NCBI GenBank assembly: GCA_963727485.1
Contig: CAVSGM010000002.1
Span: 736,001 to 800,000, forward strand
Direction of reading: 5' to 3'
DNA: 64,000 nucleotides
Source of the DNA: an uncultured delta proteobacterium
GTDB taxonomy: Bacteria > Myxococcota > Myxococcia > SLRQ01
Every line of letters starts with the position of its first letter. The first letter of the stretch is position 1. Shown in pieces: positions 35,816 through 46,954 of this stretch. Made by a program: the position numbers and the translations under genes. The notes under the pieces were generated by a model that did no database searches, had not been told where the DNA came from, and was given only the letters and a program-made list of their open reading frames with translations.

Positions 35816-36895
35816 GTGTCCGTGACGCGGATCGGAATCCTGACCGGAGGCGGTGACTGCCCCGGCCTGAACGCGGTCATCCGGGCCGTGGTCAAGCGCG
35901 CGCGCGCCGACTTCGGCTGGGCGGTCACGGGCATCGAGGACGGCTTCGCCGGGCTCATGGGCCCCGAGCTCGCCGTCCGGGACCTCGACGCCTCGGACGT
36001 GGTGGGGATCCTCCCCAAGGGCGGAACCATCCTCGGCACCAGCAACCGGGCCAACCCCTACGCCGACGCCGAGGGCCGGGACCGGAGCGCCGAGGTCGCC
36101 GCCCGCCTCCGGGACCTGGGCGTCGACGCCCTGGTGGTCGTCGGCGGCGACGGCACCCAGTCCATCGGCCACCGCCTCTTCGTCGACCACGGGGTGCCCG
36201 TCATCGGCATCCCCAAGACCATCGACAACGACGTCCCCGCCACCGACGCCACCTTCGGCTTCGACAGCGCCCGGGCCATCGCCACCGCCGCCGTGGACAA
36301 CCTCCACAGCACCGCCGAGAGCCACGAGCGGGTGATGCTCCTCGAGGTGATGGGGCGCAACGCCGGCTTCATCGCCCTCCACGCGGGCCTCGCCGGGGGC
36401 GCCGACGTCATCCTCCTCCCGGAGATCCCCTACGACATCCAGGCGGTGCTCGAGAAGCTCCAGGCGCGCGTCCGCCGGGGCCGCCGGTTCTCCATCGTGG
36501 TGGTCGCCGAGGGCGCCCGGCCCCGGGGCGGCGAGCAGGTGATCACCGAGACCGCCGAGGAGATCCCGGGCCGGAACGTGGTCCGCCTCGGAGGCATCGC
36601 CCACCGGGTGTCCCACGAGCTCGCCGGGGTCTGCGAGACCGAGACCCGGGTCACCATCCTCGGCCACCTCCAGCGCGGCGGGTCGCCGACGCCCTTCGAC
36701 CGGATCCTCGGGACCCGCTTCGGCTGCGCGGCCCTGGACCTCATCGCCGACGAGCGCTTCGACCGGATGGTGGCGCTCAAGGGCGGCGACGTGGTCGACG
36801 TGCCCCTCGCCGAGGCCGTGGGCCGGGTGCGCCTCGTCGACCCCGCCGGCCAGATGGTCACCTGCGCGCGCGCCCTGGGGATCTCCTTCGGATGA
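35816..36895 (+). CDS. pfkA: 6-phosphofructokinase (GGDG type, probably ATP-dependent)
   Basis: TGGGDCPGLN, GGDGT, PKTIDND, EVMGR, GHLQRGG. Confidence 0.95.
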   Translation: MSVTRIGILTGGGDCPGLNAVIRAVVKRARADFGWAVTGIEDGFAGLMGPELAVRDLDASDVVGILPKGGTILGTSNRANPYADAEGRDRSAEVAARLRDLGVDALVVVGGDGTQSIGHRLFVDHGVPVIGIPKTIDNDVPATDATFGFDSARAIATAAVDNLHSTAESHERVMLLEVMGRNAGFIALHAGLAGGADVILLPEIPYDIQAVLEKLQARVRRGRRFSIVVVAEGARPRGGEQVITETAEEIPGRNVVRLGGIAHRVSHELAGVCETETRVTILGHLQRGGSPTPFDRILGTRFGCAALDLIADERFDRMVALKGGDVVDVPLAEAVGRVRLVDPAGQMVTCARALGISFG

Positions 36896-38781
36896 GCGCG
36901 GCGCCCCGCATCCCCCGCTACGACCTCCTCGAGGAGGTGGGCTCCGGGGGGATGAGCGTGGTCTATCGGGCCCGGGACACCACCCTCGATCGCGAGGTGG
37001 CGGTGAAGGTGCTCCACCGGCACCTCGCCGGCAAGGACAGCGAACGGAAGCGCTTCCGCCGGGAGGCCATGGCCGTGGCCCGGCTGCGCCACCCGAACAT
37101 CCTCGAGATCCACGACTACGCCGGGGATGACGCCGAGGAGGCCTATATCGTCTCCGAGCTGGTCCGGGGGCCCACCCTGCGGGGCTTCGCCGAGACCACC
37201 GGCTTCGGCCTCCCGGAGATCGGCGCCATGGTGGCCACCGTCCTCGCCGGGGCGCTGGCCCACGCCCACGCCCTGGGCGTCATCCATCGGGACCTCAAGC
37301 CCGAGAACGTGATGATCCAGGACGACGGCACGGTGAAGCTCACCGACTTCGGCGTCGCCCGGATGGTCGACCGGGACGAGCGGATGACCATGACCGGGGC
37401 GCTCCTGGGCTCGCCGGCGCACATGGCCCCCGAGAGCCTCGAGGGCGGTGGCGGCGACGTGCGCAGCGACATCTTCAGCCTGGGCACGGTCCTCTACTGG
37501 CTCGCCACGGGCGCCCTGCCCTACTCCGGCTCGTCACCGGCGGAGGTGCTCCGGCGGATCGCCGAGGGGCACCACACCGACCCCCGGGCCGTGGACCCCC
37601 GGGTCTCCGACGAGCTGGCGGAGATCATCGAGAAGGCCATCGCCCGGGACCCCGCCGACCGGTGGCAGAGCGCCGAGGCCCTGGAGCAGGCCCTCGCCGC
37701 CTACCTCGCGGACCTGGGCATCGAGCGGCCCGCCGAGGCCCTCACCCGGTTCTTCGCCGACCCGGCCGCCTACAAGGCCGGGCTCCAGGCCGACCTGGTG
37801 GCCCGGCTCACCGACCGGGCCCAGGCCGCCACCGACGCCGGGGCGGTCCCCGTGGCCCTCAAGGCCTGCGACCGGCTCCTGGCCCTCGACCCCGGGAACG
37901 CCGCGGCCCTCGCCTGCCTCGAGCGCCTCCACCGCCGGCGCCGGCGTCGCCGACTCGTCGCCGCGGGGATCTCGGTGGTGATCCTCGGCGGCGGGGTCCT
38001 CGCGGTCGCCGCCTGGCCCGCCGGCGGGAGCGCGGGCCGCCGGAGCTCGCCGGCGCCCCACGCGGGCCAGGCGGGCGCGGCCCCGGGCGCGCCCCCCCCG
38101 GCCCCAGGGACGCCGCCCCGCCGCCGGGTCCCCGCCCAGCGGACCCCCGCCGCCCACGCCGCCGACCCGACCCACACCGCCCCGCCGGCCCACGTCCGCC
38201 ACCGGGAGCCGCCGCCGCACGCCGGTCAGCCCCCGGCCCCCCACCCGGCCCACGTCCGCCACCGGGACCCGGCGCCGCACCCCGGTGACGCCCACGCCGC
38301 CCCGGCGGCCGCCGCCCCCCGCCGGACCCTCCGGATCCTCGTCGAGCCCTTCGCCACCATCTCCGTGGACGGCAAGCGCCTCGGCCGGGACCGGGAGGCC
38401 CGCGCCGACCTGCCCCTCGGGCCCCATCACCTGGCCATCACCCGCACCGGCTTCGTGCCCCTCGAGGAGACCGTCAAGGTCGTCGCCGGGACCGACGCCG
38501 AGGTGGTCCGCCGGCGGCTGGTCCCCAAGCCGGCGATCCTCCACATCGTCAACGGCCAGGGGGCCGCCGTGAGCATCGACGGCCAGCTCAAGGGCACCGT
38601 GGGCCCCGGGGGCCTGGACCTCCCGGTGACCTTCCCGGAGCGCCCCGACCAGCGCTACCAGCTCGAGGTGCCCGTGGACCTGCGCCTGGAGAAGGTCGGC
38701 TTCAAGCCCCTGGACCGGAAGCTCACGGTCAAGCCCGGCCAGCACCTGACCCTCCCCGCGACCCTGGAGCCCGCCAAGTGA
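36892..38781 (+). CDS. Membrane Ser/Thr protein kinase with extracytoplasmic PEGA-like domains
   Basis: [26 protein letters not shown] after an Arg run; ATGA overlap with pfkA. Confidence 0.92.
   Translation: MSAAPRIPRYDLLEEVGSGGMSVVYRARDTTLDREVAVKVLHRHLAGKDSERKRFRREAMAVARLRHPNILEIHDYAGDDAEEAYIVSELVRGPTLRGFAETTGFGLPEIGAMVATVLAGALAHAHALGVIHRDLKPENVMIQDDGTVKLTDFGVARMVDRDERMTMTGALLGSPAHMAPESLEGGGGDVRSDIFSLGTVLYWLATGALPYSGSSPAEVLRRIAEGHHTDPRAVDPRVSDELAEIIEKAIARDPADRWQSAEALEQALAAYLADLGIERPAEALTRFFADPAAYKAGLQADLVARLTDRAQAATDAGAVPVALKACDRLLALDPGNAAALACLERLHRRRRRRRLVAAGISVVILGGGVLAVAAWPAGGSAGRRSSPAPHAGQAGAAPGAPPPAPGTPPRRRVPAQRTPAAHAADPTHTAPPAHVRHREPPPHAGQPPAPHPAHVRHRDPAPHPGDAHAAPAAAAPRRTLRILVEPFATISVDGKRLGRDREARADLPLGPHHLAITRTGFVPLEETVKVVAGTDAEVVRRRLVPKPAILHIVNGQGAAVSIDGQLKGTVGPGGLDLPVTFPERPDQRYQLEVPVDLRLEKVGFKPLDRKLTVKPGQHLTLPATLEPAK
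38185..38300 (+). repeat. Imperfect 60-bp tandem duplication in the kinase linker
   Basis: ccggcccacgtccgccaccggga at 38185 and 38245, encoding [10 protein letters not shown] twice. Confidence 0.7.
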
Positions 38782-39830
38782 GCCGCCGCCTCGGGGCCCT
38801 CCTCGCCCTCCTCCTGGTCGCTGTCGGCGCCGGCGCCCCCGCCCGGGCCCAGACGCCGGCGGCCTCGGACCTCAAGCGCGCCAAGGACCGCTACGAGTAC
38901 GGCGACTACGCCGACGCGGCCAAGCTCCTGCACCACCTGGTGGACGACGGCCGCCTCACCTCCGACGGCCAGCTGGTGGAGGCCTACCGGCTGCTGGGCC
39001 TCTCGTACTTCTACGAGAGCAAGCGCGAGGAGGCCCGGTCCGCGTTCGTGCGCCTCCTGTCCATCGAGCCCGACTACCACCTCGACCCCTTCTTCAACCC
39101 GCCCAAGGTGGTGGAGTTCTTCGACCAGGTGAAGGCGGACAACGAGGCGCTCCTGGCGCCCATCCGGGCCCAGAAGCGCAAGGTCGAGGAGGAGCGCCGG
39201 CGCCAGGAGCAGGCCCAGCAGCACCTCCTCGAAGAAGAGGCGAGGCGCCGGGAGACCCTGGCCCGGCGCCAGCAGACCGAGGCCCCGCCGAAGATCATGG
39301 AGAAGGTCGTCGCCGACCACCCCTACCTCCTCAACTGGCTGCCCTTCGGGGTGGGCCAGTTCCAGAACGGCGAGACCTACAAGGGCGGGCTCCTCGCCGG
39401 CGCCGAGACCGTCACGGGCCTGGCGAGCATCATCGGCTTCGTGGTGGTCGCGGGCCTGCGCACCTGCACCACCGTCCCGGTGCCCAAGGGCGACCTCGGC
39501 GATCCGACCCAGACCGAGACCCAGTGCGGGATCCCCGCGGACAGCGTGAGCCTCGCCCGGACCATGGACCGGGTGAAGTGGATCGCCGGCGGGGCCTTCT
39601 GGGGCCTGGTGGTCTACGGGATCGTCGACGCCCACCTGCACTACCAGCCCACGGTGGTCCTCTCCCAGCAGCCCATCGACGTCCCCGCCCCCGCCCCCAG
39701 GAAGGCGGCGGACAAGCCAAGCCCGACCGGCGCCAAGCCCCCCGCCACCAGCGACCTGGCCCCACGCCTCGACCTTGCGCCCTTCTTCGGCCCCACCGGC
39801 GGCGGCGCCGTCCTCACCCTTCGCTTCTAG
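38778..39830 (+). CDS. Secreted TPR + coiled-coil protein with hydrophobic C-terminal segments
   Basis: Signal peptide ending ARA-Q; TPR ([19 protein letters not shown]); [10 protein letters not shown]; terminal LTLRF; GTGA overlap with the kinase. Confidence 0.72.
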   Translation: MSRRLGALLALLLVAVGAGAPARAQTPAASDLKRAKDRYEYGDYADAAKLLHHLVDDGRLTSDGQLVEAYRLLGLSYFYESKREEARSAFVRLLSIEPDYHLDPFFNPPKVVEFFDQVKADNEALLAPIRAQKRKVEEERRRQEQAQQHLLEEEARRRETLARRQQTEAPPKIMEKVVADHPYLLNWLPFGVGQFQNGETYKGGLLAGAETVTGLASIIGFVVVAGLRTCTTVPVPKGDLGDPTQTETQCGIPADSVSLARTMDRVKWIAGGAFWGLVVYGIVDAHLHYQPTVVLSQQPIDVPAPAPRKAADKPSPTGAKPPATSDLAPRLDLAPFFGPTGGGAVLTLRF

Positions 39831-39844
39831 ACCGGAGCCCGTCC

Positions 39845-41668
<1,824 letters not shown>

Positions 41669-41671
<3 letters not shown>

Positions 41672-41752
41672 CACGCCTGTCGCGGTGGGCGGGACGATTT
41701 CATGGCAATCCCAAGCAAAATCAAGTTGTTGGCACTTGGCGCAGCGGTTGCT
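41669..41752 (+). promoter_or_regulatory. Putative sigma54 promoter with IHF site and upstream palindrome
   Basis: TGGCGC-N5-TTGCT at 41737-41752; AATCAA-GTTG-TTG (WATCAANNNNTTR) at 41719-41731; TGACA-N4-TGTCG at 41669-41682. Confidence 0.6.
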
Positions 41753-42278
41753 TGTCTCTGTGCCTGCATGGTCCCCCAGGACACCGAGCCGACGCCGGTG
41801 GTCCACGCCATCGACCATCCCGCCGATCATCGACGTGAGCACCGTCTTCCCCACCGACCCGGTCGTGACCGTGAACAAGCAGTGCCCCAGCCGGAACACC
41901 TTCCAGCTCGGGATCATCGATCTCGACGTGGACCAGCCGCTCGCGGTCCGGTGGTTCATCGACTACGACCTCTCGGGGCAGCAGTTCGACCCGCCCATCG
42001 TCGAGTACACCATCCCCCCCAACGCCAACGGCGACCCCATGCGCTTCGCCGAGCTCGCCGGGAGCGACCTCGACCTCACCCAGCTGACCCTGGGCAAGCC
42101 GGCCACCCTCGAGGCCTTCGTGGTGGAGACCGGGGCGCTGGCCCCCGACTCGAGGCAGCCGCCGTACTGGCAGAAGCTCCGGGACTGCAAGGCCGCCGGC
42201 TACCCCACCGGCTGCATCCCCTCCCACCCGGCGGTGTTCCGCTGGACCCTCGACGTGAAGGACCAGGTCTGCGAATGA
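41702..42278 (+). CDS. Hypothetical lipoprotein; frameshift near 41820
   Basis: MAIPSKIKLLALGAAVACLCAC lipoprotein signal; body PPIIDVSTVFP..FRWTLDV in the next frame after one extra C. Confidence 0.65.
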
Positions 42279-43935
42279 GGCGCGCCCGGATCATCGCCGC
42301 CGCCCTCGCCGCCCTCGGCCTCGGCGCCTGGGTGTGGGGCGCCACCGGCTGCGGCGCGGCGGCCATGGGCGCCGCCTGCTTCTCCAACGGCGATTGCTCC
42401 GCCGGCGCCCAGTGCGTCCTCGGCGAGTGCACCACCTCGGCGCGGACCTTCCCGGTGGACCTCGACGTCCAGCCCCTGCCCGCCTCGGGTTACCTGCCCC
42501 AGCCGGTCCTCGGGGTGCCGCCCCAGGCCAAAGGCGAGGTCGACGTGGTGGTGCCCCAGCCGGTCACCGTCCACGTCCGCGCCTCGGAGCCGGTGCGGGT
42601 CACCTTCGACGCCGAGGGCGACCTCCGCCACCCCTGAGCTACGCCACCGAGGTCACCCAGGACCAGCCGGGGGTGACCGCCTCGGGGGTCGTCGACCTGG
42701 TCGGCGGGATCCTCGACGGGACGACCGGGCAGCTCGATCCGCTCACCTGGGACGCGGTGGTGGTGCCCACGGTGGCCGGCTGCTGCGACGGCACCGGGAG
42801 CTGCACCGCCCCGGTGGTGGTACGCCATCTGCGCCTCGACGCCGACACCAACTGGGTGCCGCCCCTGCCCACCTCGGTCATCCGGATCACCGGCAAGGTG
42901 GTGGTGAGCCAGGCGAGCTGGACCCCCATCGAGAACCTCCAGGTCCAGGCCTTCGACCCCACCACCGGCATCTTCACCCTGCCGGCGAAGACCGACGCCA
43001 CCGGCGCCTTCTGCCTGGCGGTGGCGCCGCCGCCGGCTGGGCAGAGCTGGCGGCTGACGCTGCGCCTCGGGCCCAGCGACACCCGGCCCACCGTCGACGT
43101 CCCGGGGATCCCCATCACCGCCGGCGGCGGCGACGTGGACCTGGGCGCCGTGGCCATCGGCGATCACGGGGCGCCCCTGCCTCCCATCAGCGGCCGGGTG
43201 CTCGGCCCCGGCGACACGCCGATCCAGGCCGCCCGGGTCACCTTCGACGGCCAGGTGGATCCCAAGGGCACCTTCACCGCCTCGGCCACCACGGACATGG
43301 ACGGGAAGTTCAGCGTCACCCTCCTCCGGGGGACCTACAGCGTCCGCGCCGAGCCCCCGGCGGACAGCCCCGATGGCCCGGCGACCCTCACCGGCTTCGA
43401 CCCCACGACCCTCGCGGTGGGCGAGCCCCTGAAGCTCATGGCGGCCGCGCGGCCGGTGGTCGCCGGCACCGTCCTCGCGCCCATCGCCGGGAGCGGCGCC
43501 ACGCCCCTCGCCGGGGTCGAGGTGGTGGCCGAGCCCGACACCGCGGCCCCCGGACCCCAGGCGCCCCAGTCGTTCACCGCGGTCACCGACGCCTCCGGGG
43601 CCTATCGCCTCGCGGTGGATCCCGGCGCCTACCAGGTGCGCTTCGTGCCCCCGCCGGACACGGGCCTGCCCTGGGCGGTGGGCCGGGCCCTGGCGGTCAC
43701 CGGCGACCGCCAGGTGGCGTCGGTGACCCTGGAGCAGCCGGCGATCCTCCCGGGGAAGGCCCTCGGGCGCACCGGCGGCGGGAGCACCGTGCCCCTGGCG
43801 GGCAGCAAGATCGAGGTCTACGGCCACGCGCCCAGCGGCCGGGCGGTGCTCCTCTGGCGCGGCCGCGCAGGCGACGGGGGCCAGTTCGACGTCCGCCTGC
43901 CCCAGAGCCTCGCCGGGCGCCTCACCGGCGGCTGA
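42275..43935 (+). CDS. Exported Cys-rich / carboxypeptidase-regulatory-like repeat lipoprotein; frameshift near 42632
   Basis: Signal ending ATGC, CFSNGDC..QCVLGEC; repeated TD..G.F/Y..G.Y beta-sandwich units; ATGA overlap with the upstream gene; shift in a C tract. Confidence 0.68.
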
Positions 43936-43985
43936 TCCCACGCGCCGGGCTTGCATTTCCCCGCGCCCTGGGCGACGACTCCCCC

Positions 43986-44519
43986 ATGGCGACGGCGGCG
44001 CATCCCCGGGCCTACCGGCCCTACCGCGTGACGCTCTACGTGCTCTTCATCGCCGTCGCCGCCACCCTGGCCCTGCTCTTCCTCGGGAGCATCGTCCGGG
44101 ACCTGGGGGCGCGGCGCCCGGCGACCCAGGCCCACCACCGCGCGCTCTTCCAGGCGGGCCAGCCGCTGACCAAGGGGTCCTATCTCATCTGCGTGGACCG
44201 CCTCGGCGACCTCCACGACACCCTCGGGGCCCGGTTCGCGGCGCTCCCCCAGGCGGCGGCGAGGCGGGGCAGCGCCGCCCTCGAGGGGTGGCAGGACTTC
44301 TCCCGGAGCTGGCACGACCACCTGGAGCAGGTCGCCGCGACCTGCGGTCTCGGCCAGGCCAACGGGCCCCACGCCGAGGCCCTCCAGACGCTCTACGACC
44401 ACCTGGTGGACCTCCACCGGATCTACGCCACCGAGGCCACCCGGCTCCTCCGGGAGGACGGCGACGCGATCCAGTCGGCGGAGGCGGCCTTCGGGGCCAC
44501 CCGCCGGCGCGTCCCCTGA
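43986..44519 (+). CDS. Hypothetical membrane-anchored helical protein
   Basis: N-terminal TM (YVLFIAVAATLALLFLG), two Cys, GC3-biased frame. Confidence 0.65.
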   Translation: MATAAHPRAYRPYRVTLYVLFIAVAATLALLFLGSIVRDLGARRPATQAHHRALFQAGQPLTKGSYLICVDRLGDLHDTLGARFAALPQAAARRGSAALEGWQDFSRSWHDHLEQVAATCGLGQANGPHAEALQTLYDHLVDLHRIYATEATRLLREDGDAIQSAEAAFGATRRRVP

Positions 44520-44550
44520 GCCGACGGGCGCCCTACCGGCCCCCGCCCGA

Positions 44551-45549
44551 TCAGCGGTGGGTGCCGGCGTCCCCGGGGGCGGTCTTCGGCGCGGTGCCGC
44601 CCCCGCCCCCGTCCCCGGCCGCGGGCTGCTTGGGCGCCGCCGCCTTGGGGGCAGGCCGCTGGCCGAGGCGCCGCCGGAGGAGGGACGCCACCTTGCCCTG
44701 GGACTCGTACTTGAGCCCGGCGGTCCAGGCGGCCTTGGCGTCGTCGTTGCGGCCGAGGGCCGAGAGGGAGTCGCCGAGGAGGAGGCTGGCGTAGGCCTGG
44801 GTGGCCCGGGAGCCGCTGCCGGCGAGGTACTGGCGCAGCCACTTCACCGCCGGCGGGTGCTCGCCGGCCTGGTTGCTCGCCGCGCCCAGGTAGTAGGCCC
44901 CGAGGCGACGCTCGTCGGCCTGCCACCCGGGCGGCAGGGGCCCGGCGAAGGTGTAGAAGCGGGTGAGCGCGGCGGCCGCGGCCTTCATGTCGCCCTGGTG
45001 GTAGGCCTTGAGACCGGCGTCGTAGGCGTCCTGGGCGGCCTGCTGGCGCACCGACCGGGAGACGTCGTCGAGGACCGTGCTGGCGAAGGGCGGCAGGTCC
45101 GACGGGGCGATGGCGGCGTACCGCTCGAGGCCCCGGGCCTGGGACTTGGGATCCTTGGAGGTGAGCAGGTGGTAGGCGTCGAGGGCCTCGCGGCTGGCCC
45201 GATCCCGGCGGGCGAGGCCCGCGGTGGCCGCCTTCTCCGCCTTCTTGGCCGCGTCCTGGGCGGTCTTGGCGGCCTTGAGGCTGCGCTCGGCCCGGGCCCG
45301 CTCGGTGGAGGCCGCGACCCCGGAGACCCACCAGGCCCCGGCGGCGGCGAGGGCGCCGATGACCACGTAGGCGGCGACGTGCCCCACGAAGTGACGCCGC
45401 TCGGCGGCGTCCTGGCGGCTGGCGATGGTCTTGAGCTCGGCGTGGAAGGTCTTCAGGAGGTTGTCGGTCTTGATGATGAGGCTTCTGGCCTCGTAGACCT
45501 CCTTGCGCAGCGCGGCGAGCTCCTTGTCGACCCCGGCGGTCTCGGGCAT
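44551..45549 (-). CDS. Coiled-coil + TM + TPR protein
   Basis: DKELAALRKEVYEARSLIIKTDNLLK coiled coil, TM, TPR pairs; GGAGGA RBS. Confidence 0.75.
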   Translation of the reverse strand: MPETAGVDKELAALRKEVYEARSLIIKTDNLLKTFHAELKTIASRQDAAERRHFVGHVAAYVVIGALAAAGAWWVSGVAASTERARAERSLKAAKTAQDAAKKAEKAATAGLARRDRASREALDAYHLLTSKDPKSQARGLERYAAIAPSDLPPFASTVLDDVSRSVRQQAAQDAYDAGLKAYHQGDMKAAAAALTRFYTFAGPLPPGWQADERRLGAYYLGAASNQAGEHPPAVKWLRQYLAGSGSRATQAYASLLLGDSLSALGRNDDAKAAWTAGLKYESQGKVASLLRRRLGQRPAPKAAAPKQPAAGDGGGGGTAPKTAPGDAGTHR

Positions 45550-45561
45550 GGGACGGTCCTC

Positions 45562-46146
45562 CTACTCGGACGAGACGTCGGGCTCGGGGTCGAAGAGGAC
45601 CACGAGCCCGACACAGGCCATGTTACCGCCGAGGCTGGTGCCGTGGGGGGCGCCGCCGACGTTGACCGTGAGGTGGGCGAAGTCCCAGCGGTCCTCGAGG
45701 TAGATCCCCAGGCCGTGGGTCAGGCGCATCCAGGCCCCGAGCCCCAGGCTCAGGGACTGGGTCGCGCCCTCCGAGTAGTGGCTGCCATCCTGGTCGGCGA
45801 CGAAGCGGTAGCCCCCGGAGACGAAGGCGTAGGGCATCACCGGCCCCAGGCGGAGGGGGGACCAGGTGGTGGTGAGGGCGGCGTCCATCAGCGCCAGGGA
45901 GGCGGTGGCGCTCCCGGCGGTCACCGGGCGGTGGGTGTAGCCGAGCTCGATGCCCAGGGTCCAGTGGGACGAGGCGTACCAGGAGAACCGGGCCCGGGCG
46001 GTGGGGCCGCCGGTGGCCGGGCCGGTGCTCCAGCCGCCGCCGACGGTGATCGAGCCGGCGTTCTTCATCGGGGGCGCGAGGCCCTGGGCGCGGGCGGGTC
46101 CGGCGAGGCAGAGGGCGGTGGCGACGACGAGGACGCCCCTCACCAT
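45562..46146 (-). CDS. Small outer-membrane beta-barrel protein (OmpA-TM/OmpW-like)
   Basis: Signal ending ARA-Q; amphipathic strands WTLGIELGY, PYAFVSGGY, LGIYLEDRW. Confidence 0.65.
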   Translation of the reverse strand: MVRGVLVVATALCLAGPARAQGLAPPMKNAGSITVGGGWSTGPATGGPTARARFSWYASSHWTLGIELGYTHRPVTAGSATASLALMDAALTTTWSPLRLGPVMPYAFVSGGYRFVADQDGSHYSEGATQSLSLGLGAWMRLTHGLGIYLEDRWDFAHLTVNVGGAPHGTSLGGNMACVGLVVLFDPEPDVSSE

Positions 46147-46772
46147 TGGCGCCATCCGTCGTCGTCCTGGGGGTCGGCGCCCGGGGCGCCTCCGGCGGCG
46201 GCGCGGGGCGCCTCGCGGGCCTCGGCGGCGGCGCCGGGCGCCTCGCGGGCCTCGGCGGCCGTGTCCTCGGCCGGGGCGGTGATCTTGGTGCGGTAGCGGC
46301 GCGAGGGCCGCGGGGGCCGGGGGACGCGGTGGGCCTGGGCGCGGGCCGGGCGCGGCGGCGGCGCGGGGGCCTCGGCGGCGACCGGAGGGGCCTCGGCGGC
46401 GACCGCAGGGGGCTCGGGGGCCGGGGCCTCCGGCGACCGGCGCAGGGCGTCGAGGATCCGCTCGCTGGCGCGTCCGAGGGCGTCGCCGCGGCCGTCGTGG
46501 GCGTCGCGGAGGTCGGGTCCGCCGAGGCGGGCCACCTCGGCCTCGAGGAGCCGGACATAGCTCTCGAGCTCCGCCCGCCCCTGCCGCGCCTCCATCAGGC
46601 GCCGGGTGAGATCGAGGGTCCGCTCCTTCTCGGCGATGAGGCCCGAGTGGAGGGACATGAGCGAGTTCATCGCCCGCTCGGCGTAGCTCGCCGGCACCGA
46701 GGCGGCCGCGCGGTCGTCCGCGGATCGCTCCTGGGTGGACGCCTCCAGGCGCCGGTCCGTCGCGCTGTCCAT
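46140..46772 (-). CDS. Hypothetical coiled-coil protein with low-complexity tail
   Basis: GAGGAGG RBS; LHSGLIAEKERTLDLTRRL heptads; 21- and 30-bp repeats in the tail. Confidence 0.65.
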   Translation of the reverse strand: MDSATDRRLEASTQERSADDRAAASVPASYAERAMNSLMSLHSGLIAEKERTLDLTRRLMEARQGRAELESYVRLLEAEVARLGGPDLRDAHDGRGDALGRASERILDALRRSPEAPAPEPPAVAAEAPPVAAEAPAPPPRPARAQAHRVPRPPRPSRRYRTKITAPAEDTAAEAREAPGAAAEAREAPRAAAGGAPGADPQDDDGWRQW

Positions 46773-46954
46773 GCTTCCCTCCTCGGCGTGCAGCGTGGGG
46801 CGCGCGGCATCGGGCCCCGATCGGCGCCGACGGTGCCACGGGCGGTGGTTCCGGTCAAATTCCCGGACGGGGGTGGGAAGGCGCCCACATCCGGAAAACC
46901 CCAATGGGTACGGACCTGTACGGACCCCGCCCTTCGTGGTACACCTGGACGGGC

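Noticed and set aside
46201..46410. 30-bp and 21-bp tandem duplications
   Set aside because: In-frame low-complexity linker expansions with only two copies; no sign of a functional array
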